A stretch of DNA of 57,304 nucleotides from Firmicutes bacterium HGW-Firmicutes-21 (GTDB taxonomy: Bacteria; Bacillota; Clostridia; Oscillospirales; CAG-382), in contig PGZT01000010.1 in the NCBI GenBank assembly GCA_002841455.1, forward strand, positions 1 through 57,304. Direction: 5' to 3'. The position numbers and the translations under genes were made by a program. The notes under the pieces were generated by a model. It was not told the DNA's origin. It was given only the letters and a program-made list of their open reading frames with translations, and did no database searches. This document shows positions 46,390 through 55,052 of this stretch, one piece after another (positions within the stretch are counted from its first letter, which is position 1; the number at the start of each line of letters is the position of its first letter).

Positions 46390-48102
46390 ATGTCGATTCC
46401 GAGGAATGAATACCCGAGACCGCTGCTGGTTAGGGAGGATTGGATTAATTTAAACGGTGAATGGGATTTTGAGACAGATAATTCCATAACGGGAACCGAA
46501 AAAGGTTTTTTCGGCAGAGCATCGCTTGACGGCAAAATAATCGTACCCTTTTGCCCGGAGAGTGTTCTCTCGGGAGTGGGGAACACCGATTTTATGAACT
46601 GTGTCTGGTACAGGAGGTCTTTTGAATTACCGAAGAGCTGGTCGGGTAAAAGGGTCCTGCTTAACTTCGGAGCGGTAGATTATCACGCAACCGTTTATGT
46701 CAACGGAGCTTATGTCGGAGAGCATAAGGGCGGATATACTCCCTTTACCTTCGACATAACAGAGCATTTGAGCAACAAGGGTAACTATATAACTCTTTGC
46801 GCCAAGGACGATTTGAGAAGCGGTAACCAACCCGCCGGAAAGCAATCGCACCTGCTTAATTCACACGGCTGCTTTTATACCCGAACCACGGGTATCTGGC
46901 AAACGGTCTGGCTGGAGTGTGTAAGCGATAATTATATACAAAATATAAAGTCTGTTGCCGATACAGAGACCTGCTCGGTCAACCTCGAAATTAAGCTCTC
47001 GCCCTGTTCCGCCGGAGCAAGGGTAACCGCAAAGGCGTTTTTTGAAGGGAACCCTGTCGGTGAGAGTTCCGTCAAGGTCGGCTCCTTTTCGGCGTTTCTA
47101 AACATAGCACTGCAAGAGACGCACCTTTGGGAGGTCGGTAAGGGTAACCTATACGATTTGGAAATAACCGTCGAAAAGAACGGGGAAACAACGGACAGGG
47201 TAAGCAGTTACTTCGGGCTGCGCAGTGTTTGTCTTACCGAAAAAGCGTTCCTGCTCAACGGGAGGAGCGTTTTCGGAAGATGGGTATTGGATCAGGGCTT
47301 TTATCCCGACGGAATATATACCGCACCCTCTGACGAAGCGTTGAAAAACGATATACTTTATTCGATGCGTTTGGGCTTTAACGGTGCAAGACTGCACGAG
47401 AAGCTCTTCGAGCCCCGTTTTCTGTACTGGGCGGATAAATTAGGCTATATGGTCTGGGGAGAGCATGGAAACTGGGGGTTGAACATAACCGAGGTTGGGC
47501 AAATCGAGCACTTTCTGCCCGAATGGATCGAAGCGGTAGAACGGGATTTCAGCCATCCCTGCATAATCGGATGGTGTCCGTTAAACGAGACCTGGGACTA
47601 TAACGGAAAGCCGCAGAGCGATACGCTTGTAAAAATGGTTTATGATGTTACAAAGTCGCTTGATTCAACCCGCCCTGTAATTGATACGAGCGGTAACTTC
47701 CATGTTGTTACAGATATTTTCGATATTCATGATTACTGTCAGGATGTTAGTGAGTTCGCATCTCATTACAAGGACAGTCTATATAATAATTTCCCTCACC
47801 GCCAGACACATAGGGGTGAGCCTTATTTCATCAGCGAATACGGCGGAATAAAATGGGCTGTGGATAATTCCGATGGCTGGGGCTACGGCGACGGACCGAA
47901 AACGGAAAAGGAGTTTGTTGAAAGATATAAGGGCTTAACCAATGTTTTGTTGAACAACGAGAACATTTTCGGTTTCTGCTATACACAGTTATATGATGTG
48001 GAGCAGGAGGTCAACGGGCTGATGACCTATGACAGGAAATTTAAATTCGACCCCGAGGTATTCAAAAAAATAAACACCCAAAAAGCGGCTATTGAGGAAT
48101 AA
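46390..48102 (+). CDS. glycoside hydrolase family 2 protein
   Basis: 570 aa with an N-terminal sugar-binding-domain pattern (WDF..NGEW.., VDYHATVYVNG..GGYTPF) and a TIM-barrel part (NGARLHEK..WCPLNET..SEYGG). Confidence 0.8.
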   Translation: MSIPRNEYPRPLLVREDWINLNGEWDFETDNSITGTEKGFFGRASLDGKIIVPFCPESVLSGVGNTDFMNCVWYRRSFELPKSWSGKRVLLNFGAVDYHATVYVNGAYVGEHKGGYTPFTFDITEHLSNKGNYITLCAKDDLRSGNQPAGKQSHLLNSHGCFYTRTTGIWQTVWLECVSDNYIQNIKSVADTETCSVNLEIKLSPCSAGARVTAKAFFEGNPVGESSVKVGSFSAFLNIALQETHLWEVGKGNLYDLEITVEKNGETTDRVSSYFGLRSVCLTEKAFLLNGRSVFGRWVLDQGFYPDGIYTAPSDEALKNDILYSMRLGFNGARLHEKLFEPRFLYWADKLGYMVWGEHGNWGLNITEVGQIEHFLPEWIEAVERDFSHPCIIGWCPLNETWDYNGKPQSDTLVKMVYDVTKSLDSTRPVIDTSGNFHVVTDIFDIHDYCQDVSEFASHYKDSLYNNFPHRQTHRGEPYFISEYGGIKWAVDNSDGWGYGDGPKTEKEFVERYKGLTNVLLNNENIFGFCYTQLYDVEQEVNGLMTYDRKFKFDPEVFKKINTQKAAIEE

Positions 48103-48180
48103 AACATTTTTGTTTAAATTATTTTTGTTATTGCACGAAATTATATAAATCATTCGTATTATGTGTGGAGGAGTAGAGTA

Positions 48181-48678
48181 ATGGCTTTATTAACAACAAA
48201 CAGCGAATTATTCACAAAAATGCTCACAACCTATTCCGATATGGTTTATAGGATAGCTCTTCATTATTTAAAGAACAAGGCCAATGCGGAGGATATAGTG
48301 CAAGAAACTTTTTTGAAGATACTCGAAAAACAACCATGTTTTGAGAACGACAACCATCAGAGAGCATGGTTTATACGAGTTGCGGTTAATGCTTCGAAGG
48401 ATCGATTGCGTTCCTTTTGGTATCGAAAAACTGTTCCGTTAGAAGAACTTGGTGATAAATCGATTGAGAATAATTCCAGCGTGTTAGAAGAATTGTTTCT
48501 TCTTAAGCCAAACGACCGTATTGTCTTGTACTTGTATTATTATGAGCAATATAATCTTAAGGAGATTTCGGGTTTACTTAATACGAGCATTAACACAATT
48601 AGCGCACGCCTTCAAAGAGCAAGGCGAAAATTAAAATTAATTTTAGAGGAGGGTGACATAAATAATGAGGAAAGATGA
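48181..48678 (+). CDS. ECF-type sigma-70 family RNA polymerase sigma factor
   Basis: About 165 aa with region 2 (AEDIVQETFLKIL..RAWFIRVAVNASKD) and region 4 HTH (YNLKEISGLLNTSINTISARLQRARRKL). ATG 48181 follows GGAGGAG. Confidence 0.85.
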   Translation: MALLTTNSELFTKMLTTYSDMVYRIALHYLKNKANAEDIVQETFLKILEKQPCFENDNHQRAWFIRVAVNASKDRLRSFWYRKTVPLEELGDKSIENNSSVLEELFLLKPNDRIVLYLYYYEQYNLKEISGLLNTSINTISARLQRARRKLKLILEEGDINNEER

Positions 48679-51145
48679 TTATATCAAAGCAATAAGTGAA
48701 ACAAGGCTCTCTGATGAACAGGTTAAGACGCTTTGGCAAAAGATTTTATTCGGTAAAACCAATTTAAAAGGTAAGCAAAATAAACCTCTACTCACAGCAT
48801 GTGCCTTATTGCTTGCGGTGGTTCTTGTAACTGGAGCGATAACAATACCTCTTGTTGCTTTAAGAAAAGGAGATTTCCCGATAAATATTTCCACTGAAAT
48901 CAGTAACACTGTTTCGGAAAGCGAAAACGAATCTTCTAACAACAGCAACACTGATATTACTGATCCGATAATCAGGAATGTACCTGATTGGTATGAGCCG
49001 GGTATGCTAACAGTAAATACGATTAGAAGTAATCGTATGGGATATCTATCTTCAACAGAGAACAACTCTATTGGAGGTCTGGTCACTCCTTATAATGATA
49101 ATAATGAAATAGTACAGAGCGAAGAAATTATACTTCCAGTCGGAATGGAATTTCAAGGCAGTGCAACAGATAATTACTTAAAGGTAACCGTTAAAAGCGG
49201 AGAGCATGCGGGTTGTCAGGATGTATACTATAATATTGAAACCGGTGAGATTGTTTGTTTTTCGCATTTATTTAAAAATGCGATGCTTGCTGCAGGTCTA
49301 AATTATGATGTATACGGTTTATGCAAATTCAACAGTGACATGACAAAAGCTATTTTCGACACGCAAATTTATGGTAACAGTATTGAATTTGTGTTATTTA
49401 ATATTAAAAATAATACCATTCGGGAAATACCCACACCTGATGGTTGTGTAATGTCGATTTTAGTTACACCCGATTATAAATATGGCTATTATTCCAGTCC
49501 AAGCTATGAAGCTCTTGGAGATGATGTGTTCCAAGTAGATTTAACTTCATTTGAAACAAAATGCATATCTAAAATAAACAATACTTCATATATTGCATAT
49601 ATGGGTGGCTGGTTGAATATATCTTCCAAGGGTAATTTGATATATTTTAATGTATTGAACGAAGATGGGGATCACGGTACGGGCTCTGACGCCAGATGTT
49701 TTATATACTCCGTAGACAAGCAGACCGCTGTCTTAGCAATGGGTGAAATAATAAGGTTTGCAAATGACGACAGCTTAGTTGCTATAAACTCAACGGGCGG
49801 TGTTAAGATTATAGATACAATCACCGGTGAGGAGATAAATACTTATGACAGATTAGATATATCCGAGCAATATAACGTCGATATCGAGAGCAAGACTAAA
49901 TTATATAGTAAAAGCTTATATAATCTTACGCTTAGACCTTATTTGGATACAACAAAAGATAGTATAATAATAGAACAAGGAGTAAGCTATTATCTTACAA
50001 GAGATGATTATGTATATACATATAAAGATGATACGGATTATGTAAGTATTTTCTCAATGAAATCCTTTGAATCCTTCACTATAACGATTAACGATAATTT
50101 TATAAATGCAATAAAAAATATCCAAGCAGGTTATAGAGCAGATTGCTACTTAACCATAAACAACAATTTGACCCGAATTATACTGTTTTACTATGTCAGT
50201 ATAATTGAAAAATCAAATTATGAAGAGTCTATTCCATTTGTTATTTGCGAGACCTTTCCGGAAACCAATAGTATGGAAGACATGCATTACTTGATTTACC
50301 AATATTCCGCATATAAAATAGGTTCACTTTACAGCGACTATATCGAAGGAAAAACCGATGCAAGAAGTTGTATAATGTATAAGGGCAATGGCTTCAATTG
50401 TTTGGTTGTATACAACGACGGTGGAATGACTCTTGCAATGGTAGAAGATTACAGAGACAATACCTTTACTTTATATCGTATAGGCTTTAACTCTTTTTAT
50501 TCAAGCTCGGATTTATGCCTAAACGGATTGTTTGATGTTATGACATATAATGAATCAAAGCCTAATTATACCAAATACAGAAGAGCGCTTAGTCCGAACG
50601 CTTCAAGCAAAAAAACTCTTGAATTATTCGACTTCTTATCTGTTGAACAAGCATTTATCGATTTTGCGGAGTTTTATAAAGGAAATACACTTGATTATGA
50701 TAAAATATTCGAATATGTTTATTCTCCGGAGTATGTATTAAAACATCTTCATATAGGATATGTAACGGATGTAAAAAAACAAAGCAATGTGGGATACGAT
50801 ATTATAAATGTTAATCTATTTGAGGAACTAATACGCCTTGCATTTAACCAGGATCTAAAAACTTTCACCACATCACAAAAAATAAAATTATTTAACGACA
50901 GTGGAAGTATGCATTATGATTATGCCAATTTCAGAATTATCTGTAGATCGCATTCGGATAAAAGAGCATCATCATATCCTTTTGTTTATTATTTTGCCGT
51001 AGGAGTATCATCCGAAGGTAAGAAATACATAAATCACAGCGGTAGATATGCTTATATAGATGACGAAACCTACGATCGTTTCTGTAAAATATGCAAGGAA
51101 TTATGGGAAGACTATACAAATAAATATGGTGTTGTTGACTGGTAA
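48665..51145 (+). CDS. putative anti-sigma factor: single-pass membrane protein with a large extracytoplasmic domain
   Basis: Its start overlaps the sigma gene stop by 14 nt. It has a short cytoplasmic N-terminus, a TM (LLTACALLLAVVLVTGAITIPLV), then about 760 aa of unassigned AT-rich coding sequence. Confidence 0.55.
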   Translation: MRKDDYIKAISETRLSDEQVKTLWQKILFGKTNLKGKQNKPLLTACALLLAVVLVTGAITIPLVALRKGDFPINISTEISNTVSESENESSNNSNTDITDPIIRNVPDWYEPGMLTVNTIRSNRMGYLSSTENNSIGGLVTPYNDNNEIVQSEEIILPVGMEFQGSATDNYLKVTVKSGEHAGCQDVYYNIETGEIVCFSHLFKNAMLAAGLNYDVYGLCKFNSDMTKAIFDTQIYGNSIEFVLFNIKNNTIREIPTPDGCVMSILVTPDYKYGYYSSPSYEALGDDVFQVDLTSFETKCISKINNTSYIAYMGGWLNISSKGNLIYFNVLNEDGDHGTGSDARCFIYSVDKQTAVLAMGEIIRFANDDSLVAINSTGGVKIIDTITGEEINTYDRLDISEQYNVDIESKTKLYSKSLYNLTLRPYLDTTKDSIIIEQGVSYYLTRDDYVYTYKDDTDYVSIFSMKSFESFTITINDNFINAIKNIQAGYRADCYLTINNNLTRIILFYYVSIIEKSNYEESIPFVICETFPETNSMEDMHYLIYQYSAYKIGSLYSDYIEGKTDARSCIMYKGNGFNCLVVYNDGGMTLAMVEDYRDNTFTLYRIGFNSFYSSSDLCLNGLFDVMTYNESKPNYTKYRRALSPNASSKKTLELFDFLSVEQAFIDFAEFYKGNTLDYDKIFEYVYSPEYVLKHLHIGYVTDVKKQSNVGYDIINVNLFEELIRLAFNQDLKTFTTSQKIKLFNDSGSMHYDYANFRIICRSHSDKRASSYPFVYYFAVGVSSEGKKYINHSGRYAYIDDETYDRFCKICKELWEDYTNKYGVVDW

Positions 51146-51172
51146 TTATATCAAATTATCTAATATAAAATT

Positions 51173-51205
51173 AAAACGAGCTTAATTATATAGAGCTCGT
51201 TTTAT
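51173..51205 (+). terminator. intrinsic terminator after the sigma/anti-sigma pair
   Basis: AAAACGAGCT-loop-AGCTCGTTTT. Confidence 0.7.
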
Positions 51206-51276
51206 CGTTGATATATTTTTTATAACATGATATTATGTTCTTAATATTAATATCAGTCATGCAATAAGGATTTTAT

Positions 51277-52365
51277 ATGATAATCAAAGATATTTATCTA
51301 TACCAGCAAAATATACCGCTTAAGACACCGTTTAAGACCTCTCTACGGAGTGTTGATTGTCTTTCCTCCGTTATTGTTGAGCTTATCACCGACAGCGGTT
51401 TGTACGGCTACGGTGCTGCGGCTCCGACCGCAGCTATTACGGGCGAAACAATGCCCTCGATAATCTGCGCCGTCCGTGATTATATTAAGCCTGTTTTGGT
51501 CGGGAAAACGCTCGACATTTCACTGACCGCTGCAATTACAAGCGCAATTGCACACAATACCTCCGCAAAGGCGGCGGTTGAAACGGCGTTGTATGATTTG
51601 CTCTCGAAGGAAAAAGGTCTGCCGCTCTTTAGGTATCTCGGAGGAACAGGCGACCAACGATTGAAAAACGATATAACCATCAGCTTAAATTCACCCGAGG
51701 AAATGGCGGCGGATGCAAAAAAAGCCCTTGATAAAGGCATAAATATACTTAAAATCAAGCTCGGCGGAACAGCCGAGGAGGATGTTCGGCGAATCGATAC
51801 CGTCGCTTCTGTTAGCCGTCATTGCAGTCTTCGGCTTGACGCAAATCAAGCGTGGAGCTTTGAAAACGCCGAAATTATTGTCGCTCATTGTGAGGAAAAA
51901 GGGTATAACATAGAATTCATCGAGCAGCCCTTTATTTTACACGAGCTTGAGTTGATGAAAAAGCTCAGGGGTATAAGTAAAATCCCGATACTTGCGGACG
52001 AGAGCGTTTTTTACGCAAGGGAAGCAGAGAAAATAGCCGCGGCAGGCTGTGCGGATTACATAAACATAAAGCTTGCAAAATGCGGAGGTTATAGCGAGGC
52101 GGAAAAAATCTGTGATGTCGCGAGGGAAGCGAAAATACCCTGCCTTATGGGCTGTATGCTGGAGTCCCCCGTCGGAATCATTGCGGCGGCACATTTTGCG
52201 GCGGCTAATGACATTATTACCATGTACGACCTTGATGCGGTAGAGCTTCTGGAATACAACCCTGTTATGTCGTCAACCGAGTTCTCCCCCGACAGTATTC
52301 TAGTAAAGGACACCCTGCCCGGCTTGGGTATAACCGAAATAAAGGATATAAAAAGGATTGATTGA
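51277..52365 (+). CDS. dipeptide epimerase (enolase superfamily, L-Ala-D/L-Glu epimerase-like)
   Basis: 362 aa with the KxK motif (ILKIKLG), metal ligands in LRLDANQAW, IEQP and LADES, and a second catalytic Lys in KLAKCGG. Confidence 0.85.
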   Translation: MIIKDIYLYQQNIPLKTPFKTSLRSVDCLSSVIVELITDSGLYGYGAAAPTAAITGETMPSIICAVRDYIKPVLVGKTLDISLTAAITSAIAHNTSAKAAVETALYDLLSKEKGLPLFRYLGGTGDQRLKNDITISLNSPEEMAADAKKALDKGINILKIKLGGTAEEDVRRIDTVASVSRHCSLRLDANQAWSFENAEIIVAHCEEKGYNIEFIEQPFILHELELMKKLRGISKIPILADESVFYAREAEKIAAAGCADYINIKLAKCGGYSEAEKICDVAREAKIPCLMGCMLESPVGIIAAAHFAAANDIITMYDLDAVELLEYNPVMSSTEFSPDSILVKDTLPGLGITEIKDIKRID

Positions 52366-53112
52366 ATGAATATAGAGGAACGAATAGCCTCGATTATTAC
52401 CTCTGCTCCGTCCGATATTGGGATATTAATCACCGACAAGAACGGAAATATAACCCTCTCCCATAACGAAAAAAAGCGCTTCCGCAGCGCAAGCGTTATC
52501 AAGACATTTGTTTTGTCGTTTTATATTGACGAATATCGTTTTCCGGACGAGATAATTAAGTTCGACAGTAGCTCATATGTCGATTTCAGCGTTGTTAAAG
52601 AGCTGTGCATAACCGAGATGACAATCAAGGAGCTGTTGACGGTTATGATAGCGTCAAGCGATAATACGGCTACAAATGCTCTAATAAATAAGGCAGGGCC
52701 GGACTTAATTAATGCTTATATACAAAACAAACTCCGCTTAACCGATACAGCCGTTCGGCGGTATATGATGGACTTTTCCGCTATTGTAAAAGGATATGAC
52801 AATTATACAAGCGCTTTTGATACCGTCACGCTGCTCAAGCGTCTGGCTGAAAATCCTGTGGCTATGAAAATACTCGCCATGCAAAAGGAAAGAAACGGTC
52901 TGATGCGTTATATTTACGGTGGAGTGGATTTTTTCGGCAAGTCGGGTCAGTTGGACGATGTATATAACGACTCGGGCATAATACAGTCTGAAAAAAACAC
53001 CGTTTTCGCTGCCGTGCTTACAAATAATATCCCACACACGACCGCAGCCACGCTTTGCGGACTTTGCGGCTTACTTGCAACCGGCAATACAAGCATTACC
53101 CTCCCAGGGTAA
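52366..53112 (+). CDS. class A beta-lactamase-related serine hydrolase
   Basis: 248 aa with SxxK (SVIK in RSASVIKTF) and SDN (SSDNTATN). The ATG directly abuts the epimerase TGA. Confidence 0.7.
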   Translation: MNIEERIASIITSAPSDIGILITDKNGNITLSHNEKKRFRSASVIKTFVLSFYIDEYRFPDEIIKFDSSSYVDFSVVKELCITEMTIKELLTVMIASSDNTATNALINKAGPDLINAYIQNKLRLTDTAVRRYMMDFSAIVKGYDNYTSAFDTVTLLKRLAENPVAMKILAMQKERNGLMRYIYGGVDFFGKSGQLDDVYNDSGIIQSEKNTVFAAVLTNNIPHTTAATLCGLCGLLATGNTSITLPG

Positions 53113-53728
53113 CATCACATTCCTGATACCACCGCATCGCATCCAAGAAGTGAGATTTTTTATAATCGGGCCAATAATCGTTTATAATATAAAAGTCGGC
53201 GTACACCGATTGAACGGGTAGAAATCCGCTTAGCCGCCTGCGCCCTCCCCACCTGATAATCAAATCTATTTTTGGTATGTCACGGGATTCGATATGCTTC
53301 TCCTCCGTGAGCTTGCATAGGTCCCATTCCCAATCGTAATTTACCAAAAAATTAAGATTAATCAATCCCCTGCCGAAGGGAACTCTTTTATTGGCGTATT
53401 TTTTCAACTCTGGAGGGAACGCCACGGATTCGTCATTCCCGATAACCAGCAGATTAGCGTCCTTTCCGCTTAAAAGCTCAACCGCATCCACACAGCTCCT
53501 TGTAAAAGCCTCCCGTTGGTCGGGCGCTCTTTTGTTGTTATCTCTTGTAAAGCCGTAAAAAGTAGCTTCCTTAACCCCGTATTCAAGCATAGCTTCATAC
53601 AGCTCGAACCCCGGTCCGACACCGAATCGATAACCGTCGCACTTCTCAAGCCCTCTGTCAACCGCCCATCTTCTGTTTCCGTCCGGAATTATACCTATAT
53701 GTTTTGGTATTCGCTTGAAATTTTCCAT
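53096..53728 (-). CDS. short cis-prenyltransferase (UppS-family paralogue)
   Basis: 210 aa with IIPDGNRRWA and IRWGGRRRLSGFLPVQSVYADFY. These are divergent versions of the UppS motifs seen in the 21337 gene. Confidence 0.75.
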   Translation of the reverse strand: MENFKRIPKHIGIIPDGNRRWAVDRGLEKCDGYRFGVGPGFELYEAMLEYGVKEATFYGFTRDNNKRAPDQREAFTRSCVDAVELLSGKDANLLVIGNDESVAFPPELKKYANKRVPFGRGLINLNFLVNYDWEWDLCKLTEEKHIESRDIPKIDLIIRWGGRRRLSGFLPVQSVYADFYIINDYWPDYKKSHFLDAMRWYQECDVTLGG

Positions 53729-53824
53729 TTGTTCCGTCCTGTTGTTTTTTTATGCTTACATTATTTGAATTTTGGGTTGTTTTTATACTGCAATACTTAT
53801 TATTGAAACAATTATATAAATTAT

Positions 53825-53853
53825 TGACATTTTTCAACTAACGATATATAATA
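53825..53853 (+). promoter_or_regulatory. consensus sigma-A promoter for the SPFH gene
   Basis: TTGACA (53825-53830), 17 nt, then TATAAT (53848-53853). Confidence 0.7.
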
Positions 53854-53874
53854 AATTTATCAAGGAGGGTTATT

Positions 53875-54663
53875 ATGGAAATTATAATCGGTTTGTTTGC
53901 TATGGTTATTGTTATTTTACTCCTATGCGGGCTCAGAATCGAACAGGAGTATAACCGTTCTGTGATTTTTGTATTCGGACGGTTTACAGGTATAAAGGGC
54001 CCCGGTATTTTTTGGATACCTCCCTTTATTTCAAGTCGTGTTTCGTTAGATATGCGTACACGAACTGTGGATATCGATGCGCAGGATACCGTCACACGGG
54101 ACAGTGTAACAATTCGTGTAAACGCTGTTTTATATTACAGAGTTCTCGATCCGAAGAAGGCTATTCTTGAGGTTGCGAATTATAAAAATGCTATTTTCCA
54201 AGCATCCCTTACCGTACTAAGGAATGTTATCGGACAAAATAATTTGGATGAGGTTCTAAAGAACCGTGACCATATTAATACAACCCTGCAAAGGATAGTT
54301 GATGAAATTACCGACCCATGGGGGTTAAAGGTCGAATTGGTTGAAATGAAGGATGTTGAGATCCCGGGAGCCATGCAGCGTGCAATGGCAAAGGAAGCAG
54401 AAGCTGTACGGGAAAAGAGAGCGAGAATTATCAAGGCAGAGGGCGAATATGAGGCTTCACAGAAGCTGGCACAAGCGGCGGCAGAAATAGCGGTAAATCC
54501 CTATTCTCTTGAGCTGCGGCGTATGCAGATGATAACCGAAGTCGGAGCGGAGAATAATACCACTACCCTTTTAATGATACCCTCTGATTTTGTTACTCTT
54601 GCAAAGAATCTTAACATAAAGCTGGAAAACGAAAAAATAAATCTTGACAAAATAATAAAATAG
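53875..54663 (+). CDS. SPFH/band-7 (stomatin-like, slipin) membrane protein
   Basis: 262 aa with an N-terminal TM and an SPFH core (VDIDAQDTVTRDSVTIRVNAVLYYRV..). The C-terminal part is a coiled coil (AMAKEAEAVREKRARIIKAEGE). Confidence 0.85.
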   Translation: MEIIIGLFAMVIVILLLCGLRIEQEYNRSVIFVFGRFTGIKGPGIFWIPPFISSRVSLDMRTRTVDIDAQDTVTRDSVTIRVNAVLYYRVLDPKKAILEVANYKNAIFQASLTVLRNVIGQNNLDEVLKNRDHINTTLQRIVDEITDPWGLKVELVEMKDVEIPGAMQRAMAKEAEAVREKRARIIKAEGEYEASQKLAQAAAEIAVNPYSLELRRMQMITEVGAENNTTTLLMIPSDFVTLAKNLNIKLENEKINLDKIIK

Positions 54664-54690
54664 AATTATAATATACAATAATTTATAAAC

Positions 54691-54955
54691 CGTCGAAGCG
54701 GGAGTAAAAACAACAGATGCACTCACAGAGAGTTTGGGTAGCTGAGAGCCGGGCAGAACGCAGGTTGTTAAATGGGCCGCCGAGGGCGCAGCGAAAGGCT
54801 TTATCGCCGAGTATCCTGCGACGAAAGACACTCGTCAGTTGTCGGGAATATGTTAGTATTCCTTAAAGCGCACGGTATCCTTATACCGTGAATCAAGGTG
54901 GTACCGCGGGTTTATTCTCGTCCTTGCCAGATTTTCTGTCGAGGGCGTTTTTTTA
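54691..54955 (+). promoter_or_regulatory. T-box leader, probable Trp specifier (UGG at 54773-54775), controlling trpEGD
   Basis: Stem I base CGTCG/CGACG (54691-54695 and 54819-54823), AGAGAG box (54727-54732) and GCTGAGA. The T-box core is AATCAAGGTGGTACCGCGGG (54891-54910). The 13-bp terminator stem plus T7 run spans 54919-54954. Confidence 0.85.
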
Positions 54956-55010
54956 GCGTCTTTGAAGGTGTTTTCCGGTCGGGAAACCCGTCAGGAAAAC
55001 GAAATTTATT
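54956..55010. repeat. hairpin repeat family B, copy 2 (between the T-box terminator and trpE)
   Basis: GCGTCTTTGAAGGTGTTTTCCGGTCGGGAAACCCGTCAGGAAAACGAAATTTATT. Confidence 0.65.
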
Positions 55011-55052
55011 AATTTATGAAATAAAAAATTTATTACTGTAGGAGGTAGGGAG

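Noticed and set aside
48103-48180. An ECF-type autoregulatory promoter (GAAC-N16-17-CGT) upstream of the sigma gene: ..CACGAAATTATATAAATCATTCGTATT...
   Set aside because: The -35-like element is GAAA rather than AAC-containing, and the spacing to CGTA is about 14 nt. This is too weak to call.
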